The position numbers were made by a program, and so were the translations under genes. 64,000 nt of DNA, taken from Oscillospiraceae bacterium. Lineage in GTDB: Bacteria > Bacillota > Clostridia > Oscillospirales > Ruminococcaceae. Positions 18,165-30,035 of this stretch are shown here, in pieces (the stretch's first letter is position 1; every line of letters starts with the position of its first letter). The stretch lies in assembly GCA_036373775.1 (NCBI GenBank), contig JAZAUD010000008.1:2835-66834 (forward strand), read 5' to 3'. The notes below the pieces were generated by a model that was given only the letters and a program-made list of their open reading frames with translations, had not been told where the DNA came from and searched no databases.

Positions 18165-19127
18165 TTATCTCAAGTCATCCTCAGAGGAAAGGTCAAAGCC
18201 CAAAGACTGGAGCTTTTCTCTGACTTCATCAAAGGATTTCTTACCGAGGTTACGCACCTTCATCATTTCTTCCTCAGACTTATTGATTAAGTCGTCAACG
18301 GTATTGATTCCGGCACGCTTCAAGCAATTGAAAGAACGTACCGATAAGTCAAGTTCCTCAATGGTCATCTCAAGGATTTTTTCCTTGCCCTTATCATTTG
18401 GTTCAACAAGAACCTCAGGAATACTTGCTTCGTCTGAAAGGTCAACAAAGAGTCTCAGATGCTCGTTGAGGAGATTGGCTGCCTGTGACAAAGCCTCTTT
18501 TGCGGAGATTGTTCCATCTGTCCAAACCTCCATTGTGAGCTTGTCATAGTCGGTGACCTGCCCGAGACGTGTATTCTCTACAGTATAGTTCACCTTTAAA
18601 ACAGGAGTATAAATGCTGTCTACGGCAATTACATCAATCGGGATATCAGCAATCTGCTGCTTGTTACGCTCTGCAGAAACATATCCTCTGCCACGGTCAA
18701 TGGTAATTTCCATATGAAGCTTTGCATCCTTCCCCAAAGTTGCAATATGCATACCCGGATTGAGAATGGTGACTTCAGAATCTGCTTCAATGTCACTAGC
18801 GGTTACTTCACATTCGCCTTCTGCGTTGATAAGAAGCGTTTTTGGTCCTTCGCCGTAGAGCTTTGCGGTCAGACCCTTCAGGCTCAGAATAATCTCTGTC
18901 ACATCTTCCTTTACCCCCGGAATCGTGGAAAGCTCGTGATGCACTCCATCAATTTTGACAAAATTGACTGCAACACCAGGAATGGAAGAAAGCAACACAC
19001 GTCTGAGACTGTTGCCAAGGGTTGTGCCATAGCCTCGCTCCAATGGAGAGAGAACAAACTTGCCATACTTTCCGTCAGGTCTTAAATCTTCGGGAACAAT
19101 TTCCGGCTTTTGAATTATTTCAAGCAT
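18165..19127 (-). CDS. rpoA: DNA-directed RNA polymerase alpha subunit
   Basis: [31 protein letters not shown]-terminal domain [17 protein letters not shown]. Confidence 0.95.
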   Translation of the reverse strand: MLEIIQKPEIVPEDLRPDGKYGKFVLSPLERGYGTTLGNSLRRVLLSSIPGVAVNFVKIDGVHHELSTIPGVKEDVTEIILSLKGLTAKLYGEGPKTLLINAEGECEVTASDIEADSEVTILNPGMHIATLGKDAKLHMEITIDRGRGYVSAERNKQQIADIPIDVIAVDSIYTPVLKVNYTVENTRLGQVTDYDKLTMEVWTDGTISAKEALSQAANLLNEHLRLFVDLSDEASIPEVLVEPNDKGKEKILEMTIEELDLSVRSFNCLKRAGINTVDDLINKSEEEMMKVRNLGKKSFDEVREKLQSLGFDLSSEDDLR

Positions 19128-19192
19128 ATAAACCCTCCTATTTCGTAATTACTCTTATTTGTGATTTTTGCATCCCCGCAAGCAATTACGGA

Positions 19193-19789
19193 TTACTTGG
19201 AGTACAGCTCGACAATCAGGTGTGTTTCTGTCTCATAGTCAAGGTCAGAAGGATTCGGCAGTCTGTTCACTGTTGCAGAGAATGCATCTCTGTTGACATC
19301 CAACCACAGAGGAGTGGTTCTGCCCTTTGTCTGTTCTGCAACATCCTTGAACTTTGTGCTGGTTCTGCTCTTTTCATCAACTGCAATGACATCACCAACG
19401 GAAACACGATAAGAAGGAATATCCACCTTTTTGCCATTGATGGTAAAATGTCCATGTGTTACCAGCTGTCTTGCTTCACGTCTGGTCAATGCCATGCCCA
19501 TACGGAAAGCCACATTATCAAGACGGGATTCAAGCAGGGTAATCAGATTATCACCGGCTTTTCCTTCCATCTTTTCAGCCAATTCAAAGTAATGACGGAA
19601 AGGCTTTTCCATCATGCCATAAATGAACTTGAGCTTCTGCTTTTCCTTGAGCTGAGTACCGTATTCAGAAACCTTTTTACGGTTATTCGCATTCGGATTA
19701 CGGTTAGATTCCTTGTTAATTCCCATTACCATAGGAGAAATACCAAGGTATCTGCATCTTTTTAAAATGGGTTCTCTATTCACTGCCAT
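19193..19789 (-). CDS. rpsD: 30S ribosomal protein S4
   Basis: SEYGTQLKEKQKLKFIYG, S4 domain RLDNVAFRMG. Confidence 0.95.
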   Translation of the reverse strand: MAVNREPILKRCRYLGISPMVMGINKESNRNPNANNRKKVSEYGTQLKEKQKLKFIYGMMEKPFRHYFELAEKMEGKAGDNLITLLESRLDNVAFRMGMALTRREARQLVTHGHFTINGKKVDIPSYRVSVGDVIAVDEKSRTSTKFKDVAEQTKGRTTPLWLDVNRDAFSATVNRLPNPSDLDYETETHLIVELYSK

Positions 19790-19807
19790 AGTACATGTAC
19801 CTCCAAA

Positions 19808-20209
19808 TCAGACACGGCGTCTCTTAGGCGGACGGCAACCATTATGAGGAATCGGGGTAACATCCTTAATCATGCGAACTTCCAGACCAACAGTCTGTAA
19901 TGCACGGATGGCAGCCTCACGACCGCTTCCCGGACCTTTTACATAAACTTCAACGGTTTTCAGACCATGTTCCATTGCAGCCTTCGCAGCTGTTTCAGCA
20001 GCTGTCTGAGCAGCGAACGGAGTGGACTTTCTTGAACCACGGAAACCGAGACCGCCGGCGGATGCCCATGAAATAGCATTGCCCTGTGTGTCGGTAATCG
20101 TCACAATTGTATTATTAAATGTGGACTGAATATGCACTGCACCGCTTTCGATATTCTTGCGCTCTCTGCGGCGGCGTACAGTCGTAACCTTTTTCTTCTG
20201 CTGTGCCAA
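19808..20209 (-). CDS. rpsK: 30S ribosomal protein S11
   Basis: [30 protein letters not shown]. Confidence 0.95.
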   Translation of the reverse strand: MAQQKKKVTTVRRRRERKNIESGAVHIQSTFNNTIVTITDTQGNAISWASAGGLGFRGSRKSTPFAAQTAAETAAKAAMEHGLKTVEVYVKGPGSGREAAIRALQTVGLEVRMIKDVTPIPHNGCRPPKRRRV

Positions 20210-20224
20210 AAGAATTCGCCCTCC

Positions 20225-20593
20225 TTACTTCTTCTTGTTAGCGATTGTCTTAGCCGGTCCTTTGCGGGTTCTTGCGTTAGTCTTAGTACGCTGACCTCTT
20301 ACCGGCAGACCCTTTCTATGACGGACACCTCTATAGCAACCGATTTCAACCAATCTCTTGATATTCAAAGCAACCTCACGACGAAGGTCACCTTCAACAG
20401 TCAGATGCTGGTCAATATAATCACGCAGCTTAGCGACATCCTGTTCTGTTAAGTCCTTGACTCTGGTATCCGGATTGATGCCGGTAGCATCCAGAATCTT
20501 ATCAGCAGTCGGACGACCAATACCATAAATATAAGTCAGACCAATCTGCACTCTCTTTTCCTTGGGAAGGTCAACACCTGAAATTCTTGCCAT
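20225..20593 (-). CDS. rpsM: 30S ribosomal protein S13
   Basis: [26 protein letters not shown]. Confidence 0.95.
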   Translation of the reverse strand: MARISGVDLPKEKRVQIGLTYIYGIGRPTADKILDATGINPDTRVKDLTEQDVAKLRDYIDQHLTVEGDLRREVALNIKRLVEIGCYRGVRHRKGLPVRGQRTKTNARTRKGPAKTIANKKK

Positions 20594-20625
20594 TGTATGA
20601 ATTCACCTCCAATGCTTACAGGGGC

Positions 20626-20983
<358 letters not shown>

Positions 20984-20984
20984 A

Positions 20985-21233
20985 TCAAATACCTCCCTTG
21001 GCTGCATATTCACACAGTTTGCGGCGCAGTTCTTTATTGGTCAAACCATCCACTTCCCAAACTTCGGCAGTTGGGCGAATGTGTTTGATATTTTTGCGCT
21101 TTGGCTTTTCAAGGGGTCTGTGCTTGCCGTCAACCAGAAAAACAAAACGTTCCTCCAATTTTAATACCAGATAATAACCGTCCTTTTCTTTTCCAGCGAC
21201 AGCACAAACCACCATACCTCTTTGCAGCCGCAT
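20985..21233 (-). CDS. KOW-domain RNA-binding protein
   Basis: [24 protein letters not shown]... The position between map and infA is typical of Clostridia. Confidence 0.7.
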   Translation of the reverse strand: MRLQRGMVVCAVAGKEKDGYYLVLKLEERFVFLVDGKHRPLEKPKRKNIKHIRPTAEVWEVDGLTNKELRRKLCEYAAKGGI

Positions 21234-22000
21234 CAGTCAATATCCGACTCCGTCAGAATGACTGGTTTACCGGTTGTAATTGCAATTGCGTGTTCAAAGT
21301 GTGCGGAAAGACTGCCGCTTTTTGTCCTGACTGTCCAACCATCCTTACAAACACGAATTGCATCGCCTTTGACATTTATCATTGGTTCAATACAGATACA
21401 CATACCTGCCTGAAGCTTCACCCGCATATCTCTTGCACCCTTCTGTACATAGTTAGGAACTTCGGGGGATTCATGCAGATTTCTGCCTATGCCATGTCCG
21501 CAGTATTCACGAACAATGCCATAGCCTCTGGATGCACAATATTCTTCCACTGCACCACAGACTTCTTCCAGTCTTGCACCAGCAGTAGCCTTTGCAATAC
21601 CAGCATAGAGAGAATTTCTCGTCACGTCCAACAACATCTGTGCTTCTTCCGAAATCTTACCAACCGGAAAAGTTGCGCAGGTATCGCCATGGAAGCCGTT
21701 AATATACGCACCGACATCAATACTCACAATATCGCCGTTTTTGATTTTTCTGCTTCCGGGAATTCCATGAATAACTTCATCATTGACAGAAATGCAGGCA
21801 CTACCTGGGAAACCACCATAGCCCAAAAATGAAGGGACTGCACCCTGTCCAACAATATAATCATGAACAATTTTGTCAATGTCCTTTGTGGTCATTCCGG
21901 CTTCCAGTGATTTTCCGGCGAGGTCACGTGCATTTCCGGCAATTCTGCCGGCAATGCGCATTTTCTCGAGGTCAGTTCTTGATTTAATCGTGATACTCAT
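21233..22000 (-). CDS. map: type I methionine aminopeptidase
   Basis: VIHGIP, DIVSIDVGA, GHGIG, FTIEP-like CIEPMI motifs. Confidence 0.95.
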   Translation of the reverse strand: MSITIKSRTDLEKMRIAGRIAGNARDLAGKSLEAGMTTKDIDKIVHDYIVGQGAVPSFLGYGGFPGSACISVNDEVIHGIPGSRKIKNGDIVSIDVGAYINGFHGDTCATFPVGKISEEAQMLLDVTRNSLYAGIAKATAGARLEEVCGAVEEYCASRGYGIVREYCGHGIGRNLHESPEVPNYVQKGARDMRVKLQAGMCICIEPMINVKGDAIRVCKDGWTVRTKSGSLSAHFEHAIAITTGKPVILTESDID

Positions 22001-22638
22001 GCAATCTCTACCCCTACTGCTTTCAGAGTCAGACGCTTAGTATCGGCTACTTCTTCCTGTCCAACAACAGTTTCAAGCTTGCCTTGTTTTTCGTAATAAG
22101 CCTTAATCGGCTCAGTTTCTTTGTGGTAGGTTTCCAGACGAGAAATAACAGTTTCCGGCTGGTCATCCTTACGAATGACAGTTTTCGCACCGCACTTATC
22201 ACAAACGCCTTCCACCTGAGAGGGCTTGTAAACAATGTGATAGGATGCGCCGCAGCCTTCACAAACTCGTCTTCCAGAAACTCTTTCCTTGATAGTTTCA
22301 TCAGGAACGAAAATTTCCACAACCTTGTCAATTCTTACACCCATTTTATCGAGTGCTTCTGCCTGCGGTACAGTTCTTGGGAAACCATCCAGAATGAAGC
22401 CATTCTGTGCATCATCCTGAGCAATGCGGTCTTTCAGAATCCCAATGACAATATCATCAGATACCAGACCTCCAGCTTCCATGACTGCTTTCGCCTTGAG
22501 ACCATATTCTGTGCCGTTCTTTACCGCCTCACGAAGCATATTGCCTGTGGAAATCTGCGGAATGTTCAAAGCTTCAGAAATTGCCTCTGCCTGTGTTCCT
22601 TTTCCTGCGCCTGGTGCGCCGAGAAGAATCAAATTCAT
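21997..22638 (-). CDS. adk: adenylate kinase
   Basis: MNLILLGAPGAGKGTQA, zinc lid CEGCGASYH...CDKCG. Start set at ATG 22638. Confidence 0.95.
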   Translation of the reverse strand: MNLILLGAPGAGKGTQAEAISEALNIPQISTGNMLREAVKNGTEYGLKAKAVMEAGGLVSDDIVIGILKDRIAQDDAQNGFILDGFPRTVPQAEALDKMGVRIDKVVEIFVPDETIKERVSGRRVCEGCGASYHIVYKPSQVEGVCDKCGAKTVIRKDDQPETVISRLETYHKETEPIKAYYEKQGKLETVVGQEEVADTKRLTLKAVGVEIA

Positions 22639-22896
22639 AATACATGCCCTGCTACTCAAAATATGGACAAACACACCCATATTGAGAAAATTCCTGCTTC
22701 AACCTGTATGCTTTTAACAGTAAAAATGTACCATCTACTCACAAGTTCTTGTACAGTCCACAGGCGTAAATTCCCGTATAGCCTACGGTACACATTTACA
22801 GTCACTTTTCAGCATATTCTGCAAATTTTTCGAGTAGCTTTCTCCTTTCGTAGTAATCAAGTGTTATCCGCTTGGTTTTCGCATGATAACAAATAC

Positions 22897-22925
22897 ATTA
22901 TAACAAATTTGTCAGCCTTTGTCAA
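22897..22925 (-). promoter_or_regulatory. internal consensus promoter in the secY-adk spacer
   Basis: Minus strand reads TTGACA-17 nt-TATAAT. Confidence 0.5.
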
Positions 22926-22941
22926 TACTTTTTATAACTCA

Positions 22942-24279
22942 TTATCCTAAGAATCCCGGATGATGACGCATCATCAATTGAGATTCAAGAGTTCTTGCTG
23001 TCTCCAAGGCTACACTCACCACGATTAAGATGGATGTACCACCCATGGAAAGAGAAGCAAGGTTGCCGTCAATCCATGTAATGACAATCGGAAGAATCGC
23101 AATAATACCAAGGAAAATTGCACCTACGAGAGAAATCTTTGAAAGTACTCTCTGAATATAATCAGATGTGGGCTTACCCGGTCTGATACCCGGAATTGCA
23201 CCATTGCTCTGACGAAGTCCGTTTGCAATCTCAATGGGGTTGTACTGCATGGATACATAGAAATAGTTGAATGCGACTATCAAAACCAAGTACAGCACTG
23301 CATACCATGGGCTTGTGGTTCTAAAGAAATTGATGAAATGGAAATAGAACCGCTCGCCTGCTGTGGTGTCCTCTGTAATCATTTCTACCGGCTGTTTGAA
23401 AAGGCTGATGGTAGAAGGCAATGACATAAAGGACATTGCAAAAATGATAGGCATAACACCGCTCATGCAAACTTTAATTGGAATGTGTGTACTTTGTCCC
23501 CCCATTTGTCTGCGCCCGCCATTGACAACACGCTTCGCATACTGAATCGGAATTCTGCGCTCTGCTTCATTCATGAATACAATGAACGTAATCATAAATA
23601 CAAACATAACCAGAACTGCCAGAGATACCCAGAAATACTTTGCAGGGGTTGTAATGGTCAGGTCTACCAATGTACCAACATCGGTGGGGAATCTTGCCAA
23701 AATACCGGCAAACAACAGCATGGAAACACCGTTTCCAATGCCTTTTTCACTGATACGATTACCCATCCATACCACAAAAGATGCGCCAGCTGTGAAACAC
23801 GCTACAATGATAATCGCAGCATACCAGCCATATGCACCAGTGGTATATTTTACTGCATGCATACTGTTGCGGAGTGTCAGATAATAGGCAATCGCCATAA
23901 ATAACGCCAAGCCTAAGGCTACATAAGCCATAATCTTGTTAATGACCTTTCGCCCTTCTTCACCCTCTTCTTGCAATCGCTCCAAAGGCGGAAGCGCATA
24001 TGTCAGAAGCTGGATAATGATGGATGCGTTAATATACGGAGTAATTGACAGGGAGAAAACGGTAGCTTTGGAAAGTGCGCCACCAGTAAGAATGTTCAGA
24101 TACTCTAAGAAGTTTCCGCCAGTCGCATTTTGGTCAACCCACGTCTGTACACTCGCCAAATCCAGAAATGGCACTGTAATTGCAGAACCAATTCTGAAAA
24201 TGATAATCATAATGAACGTATAAATGAACTTCTTACGGATTTCGGGGACGCTCCAAGCGTTTCTGAGAGTCTGAAACAC
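22942..24279 (-). CDS. secY: preprotein translocase SecY
   Basis: 10-TM protein, ...GIGNGVSMLLFAGI... Confidence 0.95.
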   Translation of the reverse strand: MFQTLRNAWSVPEIRKKFIYTFIMIIIFRIGSAITVPFLDLASVQTWVDQNATGGNFLEYLNILTGGALSKATVFSLSITPYINASIIIQLLTYALPPLERLQEEGEEGRKVINKIMAYVALGLALFMAIAYYLTLRNSMHAVKYTTGAYGWYAAIIIVACFTAGASFVVWMGNRISEKGIGNGVSMLLFAGILARFPTDVGTLVDLTITTPAKYFWVSLAVLVMFVFMITFIVFMNEAERRIPIQYAKRVVNGGRRQMGGQSTHIPIKVCMSGVMPIIFAMSFMSLPSTISLFKQPVEMITEDTTAGERFYFHFINFFRTTSPWYAVLYLVLIVAFNYFYVSMQYNPIEIANGLRQSNGAIPGIRPGKPTSDYIQRVLSKISLVGAIFLGIIAILPIVITWIDGNLASLSMGGTSILIVVSVALETARTLESQLMMRHHPGFLG

Positions 24280-24280
24280 C

Positions 24281-24724
24281 TCAAATCACCTCTGCTTTCC
24301 CGCCTGCCTTTTCAATCTTCTCAAGTGCGGACTTTGTGAACTTTGTAGCTTTCACAGTGAGGTTTTTCGCTGTCAGTTCGCCGTCACCCAGAATTTTTAC
24401 GCCGTCGTTGACCTTCTTAATCAGTCCACTAGCGAGAAGCAGCTCTGTATCAACAACCGTGCCATCAGTAAACTTATTCAAGTCACTAACATTGATTGTT
24501 GTGTATGTTGCTGCGAAAATGTTATTGAATCCTCTTTTTGGAATTCTTCTTGCAAGCGGCATTTGACCGCCTTCAAAACCGATTCTTACACCACCGCCGG
24601 AACGAGCCTTCTGACCCTTATGTCCCTTACCTGCGGTTTTACCATTACCTGAACCATGTCCACGACCTACACGCTTGGAAGGCTTGTTGGAATCTGGAGC
24701 TGGTACGAGTTCATGAATCTGCAT
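24281..24724 (-). CDS. rplO: 50S ribosomal protein L15
   Basis: [27 protein letters not shown]. Confidence 0.95.
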   Translation of the reverse strand: MQIHELVPAPDSNKPSKRVGRGHGSGNGKTAGKGHKGQKARSGGGVRIGFEGGQMPLARRIPKRGFNNIFAATYTTINVSDLNKFTDGTVVDTELLLASGLIKKVNDGVKILGDGELTAKNLTVKATKFTKSALEKIEKAGGKAEVI

Positions 24725-24742
24725 TGTCTTGCACCTCCTTGC

Positions 24743-24916
24743 TTACGCTTCTTCAACCTTAATGAGGTGAATAATCTTATGAATCTTGCCTGCTGTGCAA
24801 GGATTATCGGGCTGATTGGTAACATCGCCGATTTTTCTCAGACCCAGTGCATTTGCAGTAGCAATCTGGTCTTTCTTGCAGCCAATGAGGCTCTTAACAA
24901 GTGTAATCTTTTTCAT
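24743..24916 (-). CDS. rpmD: 50S ribosomal protein L30
   Basis: Hand translation: [57 protein letters not shown]. Below the ORF-track cut-off. Confidence 0.9.
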   Translation of the reverse strand: MKKITLVKSLIGCKKDQIATANALGLRKIGDVTNQPDNPCTAGKIHKIIHLIKVEEA

Positions 24917-24927
24917 GGTTGCCCTCC

Positions 24928-25428
24928 TTAGCCGAGAATTTCCTTGATGGACTTACCACGCTTTTCAGCCACTTCTTCTGCTGTGGTGCAACCTGTCAGA
25001 CCAGCAATGGTAGCTCTTACAACATTGCAGGGATTATTGGAGCGCAGGGACTTGGTTCTGATGTCCTTGATACCAGCCACTTCAATGACCGCACGGACAG
25101 GACCGCCTGCGATTACACCAGTACCGGGAGCAGCCGGACGCATCAAAACTTCACCTGCGCCAAACTTACCCACGATTTCATGAGGAATGGTAGTGCCTTT
25201 CAGCGGAACTTTGACCATATTCTTCTTGGCATCCTCAATGCCCTTACGGATTGCATCCGGAACTTCACCAGATTTTCCCATACCGAAACCAACTGTACCA
25301 TTGCCGTCACCAACAACAACCAGTGCAGAGAATTTCATGATACGACCGCCCTTGACAGTCTTGGATACTCTATTGATGTGTACGACTTTTTCGAGGTACT
25401 CATTTTCTTTCTGCTCAAAATTAGCCAA
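24928..25428 (-). CDS. rpsE: 30S ribosomal protein S5
   Basis: [30 protein letters not shown]. Confidence 0.95.
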   Translation of the reverse strand: MANFEQKENEYLEKVVHINRVSKTVKGGRIMKFSALVVVGDGNGTVGFGMGKSGEVPDAIRKGIEDAKKNMVKVPLKGTTIPHEIVGKFGAGEVLMRPAAPGTGVIAGGPVRAVIEVAGIKDIRTKSLRSNNPCNVVRATIAGLTGCTTAEEVAEKRGKSIKEILG

Positions 25429-25446
25429 TCGTGTTCCCTCCCTTTC

Positions 25447-25806
25447 TTAGAAATTCAGACCATTTTCACGAGCGGATTCAGCCAAAGCCTGAACTCTTCC
25501 GTGATACAGGTAGCCGCCTCTGTCAAAAACAACATCCTTGATGCCCTTATCAGCAGCAGCCTTTGCAATCAGTTCGCCGACTTTTTTGGCGCCTTCTACA
25601 TTACCGCCGTTGCCTTCGAAGCCCTTAGAAAGGCTGCTTGCAGAAGCAAGTGTCACACCATTGACATCATCAATAATCTGTGCATAGATGTTCTTAGAGC
25701 TGCGGAATACATTCAGTCTCGGAACTTCAGGAGTTCCGGAAATCTTTCTGCGAACACGAGCATGTCTCTTCAAACGTGCCTTGTTGCTATCAAACTTTTT
25801 AATCAT
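25447..25806 (-). CDS. rplR: 50S ribosomal protein L18
   Basis: [31 protein letters not shown]. Confidence 0.95.
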   Translation of the reverse strand: MIKKFDSNKARLKRHARVRRKISGTPEVPRLNVFRSSKNIYAQIIDDVNGVTLASASSLSKGFEGNGGNVEGAKKVGELIAKAAADKGIKDVVFDRGGYLYHGRVQALAESARENGLNF

Positions 25807-25824
25807 AGCCGTTTACTCCCTTCC

Positions 25825-26370
25825 TTACTTTTTGCCCTTACCAGCTTTACCTTCCTTGCGGATGATATGCTCGCCAAGGTAATGAATTCCCTTGCCCTTA
25901 TAGGGTTCAGGCAGTCTCTTTTCACGAACTTCAGCAGCGAACTGACCAACTTTCTGCTTGTCAATTCCCTTAATAATAATCTGGTTCGGCTGTGGTACAT
26001 CAATCTTAATATCGTCTGTTTCAGCGATAATTACCTGATGAGAGAAACCGAGGTTCATTACCAGATTGCTGCCCTGCTTTGCTGCACGATAGCCGACACC
26101 ATCAATTTCCAGTGTCTTGCTATAGCCATTGACAACACCCTCAATCATATTATGAATCAGAGTTCTTGTCAGACCATGCAGGGAACGGTGCTTTTTATCA
26201 TCGGAAGGACGAGTTACGGTGATGACACCGTTGTCCAGCTCAATGCCCAACTCCTTGGAAAACTGTCTGGACAGCTCACCCTTCGGACCTTTCACTGTTA
26301 CCAGATTATCTGCAACCTTGACTTCTACGCCGGCAGGAACAGTAATCGGCATTCTGCCAATTCTTGACAT
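25825..26370 (-). CDS. rplF: 50S ribosomal protein L6
   Basis: MSRIGRMPITVPAGVEVKV. Start at ATG 26370 avoids overlap with rpsH. Confidence 0.95.
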   Translation of the reverse strand: MSRIGRMPITVPAGVEVKVADNLVTVKGPKGELSRQFSKELGIELDNGVITVTRPSDDKKHRSLHGLTRTLIHNMIEGVVNGYSKTLEIDGVGYRAAKQGSNLVMNLGFSHQVIIAETDDIKIDVPQPNQIIIKGIDKQKVGQFAAEVREKRLPEPYKGKGIHYLGEHIIRKEGKAGKGKK

Positions 26371-26384
26371 AACTTCACTCCTCC

Positions 26385-26783
26385 TTACCAAACATATGCG
26401 AGGACTTCACCGCCGACATTCAAAGCTCTTGCTTTCTTGTCGGTCATAATGCCCTTAGATGTGGATACGATTGCAATGCCCAGACCCTTGCGAACCTTTG
26501 GCATCTCTTCGCAGCTTGAATAGATACGCAGACCCGGCTTAGAAACTCGGCGCAAACCAGAGATAACCGGAGTTCTGTTTTCGGTATATTTCAGGGTAAC
26601 TCTAATAATCCCCTGCTTTCCGTCATCCACGATTTGGAAATCCTTAATATAACCCTCATCAGCAAGAATCTGGGTGATGGATTTCTTGACGTTGGAAGCG
26701 GGAATGTCAACCGTTGCGTGTTTCGCAGTGCTTGCATTACGAATTCTTGTAAGCAGGTCTGCGATAGTATCGGAAATTTGCAT
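26385..26783 (-). CDS. rpsH: 30S ribosomal protein S8
   Basis: [13 protein letters not shown]... Confidence 0.95.
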   Translation of the reverse strand: MQISDTIADLLTRIRNASTAKHATVDIPASNVKKSITQILADEGYIKDFQIVDDGKQGIIRVTLKYTENRTPVISGLRRVSKPGLRIYSSCEEMPKVRKGLGIAIVSTSKGIMTDKKARALNVGGEVLAYVW

Positions 26784-26804
26784 TCCTATGCCCTCCTTCT
26801 GTGA

Positions 26805-26990
26805 TTACCAGCTTGCTTTCTTTACGCCCGGAATCTGACCATCATTTGCCAATTCTCTAAAGCAGATACGGCAAATACCGTACTTTCTCAGATATGCATG
26901 AGGTCTGCCGCAGATTTTGCATCTGGTATAGGCTCTTGTAGAGAACTTAGGAGTTCTCTTCTGCTTGTTAATCATTGCCTTTTTTGCCAT
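26805..26990 (-). CDS. rpsN: 30S ribosomal protein S14 type Z (zinc form)
   Basis: 61 aa, [23 protein letters not shown]. Confidence 0.95.
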   Translation of the reverse strand: MAKKAMINKQKRTPKFSTRAYTRCKICGRPHAYLRKYGICRICFRELANDGQIPGVKKASW

Positions 26991-27005
26991 GTTGCGTTTC
27001 CTCCC

Positions 27006-27545
27006 TTAATCAGCAAACGGTGCGCCGAGGAGCCTCAAAAGTTCCTTTGCTTCTTCGTCTGTCTGAGCAGTGGTGATGAAGTTAATATCCATACCACGAA
27101 CCTTATCAATCTTATCATACTCAATTTCGGGGAAGATGAGCTGTTCCTTGATACCTGTAGAGTAGTTACCCTTGCCATCAAAGGAATTTCCGTTAATACC
27201 ACGGAAGTCACGAACACGGGGGAAAGCTACATTAAAGAGCTTATCCACAAAGTCGTACATTCTCTCGCCACGCAGTGTTACTTTGACACCAATTGCCATG
27301 CCTTCACGGAGCTTGAAGTTTGCAACAGATTTCTTTGCACGGCAAACAACAGGCTTTTGACCGGTAATGGCTGCTAAATCAGTCATAATTGCATCAATGA
27401 CCTTAGAATTTTCCTTTGCTTCACCAGCACCTACGTTGATAACAACTTTATCGAGCTTCGGAATCTGCATTACACTCTTATATCCGAATTTCTTCATCAA
27501 TGCAGGAGCAACAGTTTCAGCATAATGGTCTTTTAATCTTGCCAT
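27006..27545 (-). CDS. rplE: 50S ribosomal protein L5
   Basis: [31 protein letters not shown]. Confidence 0.95.
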   Translation of the reverse strand: MARLKDHYAETVAPALMKKFGYKSVMQIPKLDKVVINVGAGEAKENSKVIDAIMTDLAAITGQKPVVCRAKKSVANFKLREGMAIGVKVTLRGERMYDFVDKLFNVAFPRVRDFRGINGNSFDGKGNYSTGIKEQLIFPEIEYDKIDKVRGMDINFITTAQTDEEAKELLRLLGAPFAD

Positions 27546-27557
27546 TTCGCTTCTCCT

Positions 27558-27902
27558 TTACTTGAAAGACTTGCCGCACTTCTTGCAAGCACGGAGCTTC
27601 TTACCATCTTCGACTACATGACCGATTCTGGTAGGCTGTCCGCAATGTGGGCAAACCAACTGAACCTTGCACGCATAGATGGGAGCTTCTGTTCTAACCA
27701 CATTACCGGACTGACCCATCTGTGTGGGCTTGAGGTGCTTGGTTACAATATTGAAACCTTCAACAATAACCTTGCCTTCCTTAGGGCTAACTGCTACTAC
27801 CTTACCGGTTACTCTGTCCTTATCCTTGCCCTTAAACTTATATTCTTTTTTTCCTGTTCTCAGGATAACGGTGTCACCTGTTTTCACATGAACCTTGCTC
27901 AT
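27558..27902 (-). CDS. rplX: 50S ribosomal protein L24 (Cys4 zinc-ribbon variant)
   Basis: [18 protein letters not shown]..., C-terminal [11 protein letters not shown]...CKKCG. Start at ATG 27902 after GGAGGTG. Confidence 0.9.
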   Translation of the reverse strand: MSKVHVKTGDTVILRTGKKEYKFKGKDKDRVTGKVVAVSPKEGKVIVEGFNIVTKHLKPTQMGQSGNVVRTEAPIYACKVQLVCPHCGQPTRIGHVVEDGKKLRACKKCGKSFK

Positions 27903-27916
27903 TATTGACACCTCCA

Positions 27917-28285
27917 TTACAGTACTTCGGGAGCGAGAGACAAAATCTTCGTGTATTCCTTTTCACGGAGTTCTCTAGCTACCGGCCCGAAGATACGAGT
28001 ACCTCTCGGGTTCTTGTCTTCTTTGATGATAACAGCAGCATTTTCATCAAAACGAATGTATGTGCCGTCCTCACGTCTCAGACCCTTAGCGGAACGAACG
28101 ATAACTGCCTTGACAACATCGCCCTTCTTTACCACACCGCCGGGTGTTGCTTTCTTAACGGATGCAACAACAACGTCGCCGATATTCGCATATCTTCTGC
28201 GAGTACCACCGAGTACACGAATGCACATCAGTTCTTTTGCGCCGGTATTATCTGCAACCTTAAGATAAGTCTGCATCTGAATCAT
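27917..28285 (-). CDS. rplN: 50S ribosomal protein L14
   Basis: [27 protein letters not shown]. Confidence 0.95.
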   Translation of the reverse strand: MIQMQTYLKVADNTGAKELMCIRVLGGTRRRYANIGDVVVASVKKATPGGVVKKGDVVKAVIVRSAKGLRREDGTYIRFDENAAVIIKEDKNPRGTRIFGPVARELREKEYTKILSLAPEVL

Positions 28286-28311
28286 GGATGCTTCCTCCTC
28301 TCAGTATCGGA

Positions 28312-28569
28312 TTACTTCGCCTTTTCAATGATGTTGACAACACGCCATCTCTTATCTTTAGAAAGCGGTCTTGTCTCCATTACAGATACACGGTCGCCAA
28401 CTCTGCACTCGTTATTTTCATCATGTGCCTTCAGACGAACGGTACGCTTCACAATTTTCTTATACAGCGGATGTTTTACGTTATCGATAATCGCAACTAC
28501 AACGGTTTTATCCATCTTGTCGCTGACTACCAAACCTGTTCTTGTCTTTCTCAGATTTCTCTCTGCCAC
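28312..28569 (-). CDS. rpsQ: 30S ribosomal protein S17
   Basis: [19 protein letters not shown]... Confidence 0.95.
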   Translation of the reverse strand: MAERNLRKTRTGLVVSDKMDKTVVVAIIDNVKHPLYKKIVKRTVRLKAHDENNECRVGDRVSVMETRPLSKDKRWRVVNIIEKAK

Positions 28570-28586
28570 AGCGTTTTCCTCCTATC

Positions 28587-28790
28587 TTACTTGACACTCT
28601 GTGCAAGCTCTGCTTCACGCAGACAAGTCTTGATTCTTGCGATATCTTTCTTGACTGCCTTTACCTTAGCGGTATTTTCGAGCTGGTTCACTGCAAGCTG
28701 GAAACGGAGTGCAAAAAGTTCTTCCTTGAGGCTAACAAGCTTCTGGTTCATTTCATCGACAGACATCTCTCTGATTTCTGTTGCTTTCAT
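28587..28790 (-). CDS. rpmC: 50S ribosomal protein L29
   Basis: [31 protein letters not shown]. Start at ATG 28790. Confidence 0.9.
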   Translation of the reverse strand: MKATEIREMSVDEMNQKLVSLKEELFALRFQLAVNQLENTAKVKAVKKDIARIKTCLREAELAQSVK

Positions 28791-28804
28791 GCTAACTCCC
28801 CTCC

Positions 28805-29230
28805 TTATGCTTCTTCGGCAGCAGTTTCTTTCACAACAAATCTGCACTTAATCGGCAGCTTATGCATCGCAAGACGCATAGCCTCTCTTGCGGTTTCCTC
28901 CGGAACACCCTTGATTTCAAACAGGACTCTGCCTGGCTTGACAACGGCTACCCAATATTCAGGAGAACCTTTACCGGAACCCATTCGAGTTTCAGCCGGC
29001 TTTTCTGTAATGGGCTTATCGGGGAAAATCTTAATCCAAACCTGACCGCCACGCTTGATGTAACGTGTCATTGCAATACGGGCAGCTTCAATCTGGTTGG
29101 AAGTAATCCATGCAGGCTCTAAAGCCTGAAGACCAAAATCACCGTAGCTTACTGTATTTCCTCTGTAAGCTTTACCTGTCAGACGTCCTCTGTGGACTCT
29201 GCGGTACTTTACTCTCTTTGGAAGCAGCAT
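28805..29230 (-). CDS. rplP: 50S ribosomal protein L16
   Basis: [21 protein letters not shown]. Confidence 0.95.
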   Translation of the reverse strand: MLLPKRVKYRRVHRGRLTGKAYRGNTVSYGDFGLQALEPAWITSNQIEAARIAMTRYIKRGGQVWIKIFPDKPITEKPAETRMGSGKGSPEYWVAVVKPGRVLFEIKGVPEETAREAMRLAMHKLPIKCRFVVKETAAEEA

Positions 29231-30018
29231 TACTTGTTACCCCCTTCTCTTTTTGCAGTACGAGCGTTATTATAAGCACGTCTATTCTCACCACGGAAAC
29301 CGCCGTCACGACGCTTTCTGTCAGTTCTGGAATCTCTGCGCTTTCTCTCGGTCTTTTCTCTTGCAGCCATAGCCTTAGCTACATCACCCTTGAGAACTTC
29401 GCCCTTATAAATCCAAACTTTGATACCCAGCTTACCATAAGTGGTATCAGCTTCTGCAAAACCATAATCAATATCAGCACGGATTGTCTGGAGCGGAATT
29501 GTACCTTCATGGTAGCTCTCAGAACGTGCGATTTCTGCACCAGCCAATCTGCCGGAAACAGTTACCTTAATACCCTTTGCATTCAGACGCATTGCACGAC
29601 CAATAGACTGCTTCATTGCACGGCGGAAAGAAACACGGTCTTCCAACTGCTTAGCAATATTTTCAGCAACCAACTGTGCATCGAGGTCAGGCTGTTTTAC
29701 TTCCACGATATTAACGGAAACAGTCTTCTTCATCATCTTTTCAAGCTTTGCTTTCAGCTTGTCGATTTCTGCACCGCCCTTACCGATGACAATACCGGGC
29801 TTTGCGCAGTGGATGTGAATTCTCACTTTATCTTCAGCATAACGCTCAATTTCCACACGGGGAACACCTGCGGGCTTGAGTGTCTTCAAAATGAAGTTAC
29901 GGATGTTGTAATCTTCAACCAGTGTATCGCCGAAGTCAGCCTTCTTAGCATACCAGCGAGAATCCCAATCCTTAATTACACCAACACGGAGACCGTGCGG
30001 ATTAACCTTCTGTCCCAT
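29230..30018 (-). CDS. rpsC: 30S ribosomal protein S3
   Basis: [24 protein letters not shown]. Basic R/G-rich C-terminal tail. Confidence 0.95.
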   Translation of the reverse strand: MGQKVNPHGLRVGVIKDWDSRWYAKKADFGDTLVEDYNIRNFILKTLKPAGVPRVEIERYAEDKVRIHIHCAKPGIVIGKGGAEIDKLKAKLEKMMKKTVSVNIVEVKQPDLDAQLVAENIAKQLEDRVSFRRAMKQSIGRAMRLNAKGIKVTVSGRLAGAEIARSESYHEGTIPLQTIRADIDYGFAEADTTYGKLGIKVWIYKGEVLKGDVAKAMAAREKTERKRRDSRTDRKRRDGGFRGENRRAYNNARTAKREGGNK

Positions 30019-30035
30019 GCTTAACCTCCTTGGGA

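Noticed and set aside
24919-26367. 482-aa + strand ORF, the longest in its region
   Set aside because: It lies entirely antisense to rpsE, rplR and rplF, which are unambiguous. Its translation is low-complexity (Ser/Leu/Cys/Phe-rich) with no motif. It is a classic shadow ORF.
27558-27680. Cys4 zinc-ribbon at the C-terminus of L24 as a novelty
   Set aside because: The same CPxCG...CxKCG arrangement is present in L24 of Thermus thermophilus, as far as I recall. It is therefore a known zinc-containing variant rather than a new feature.
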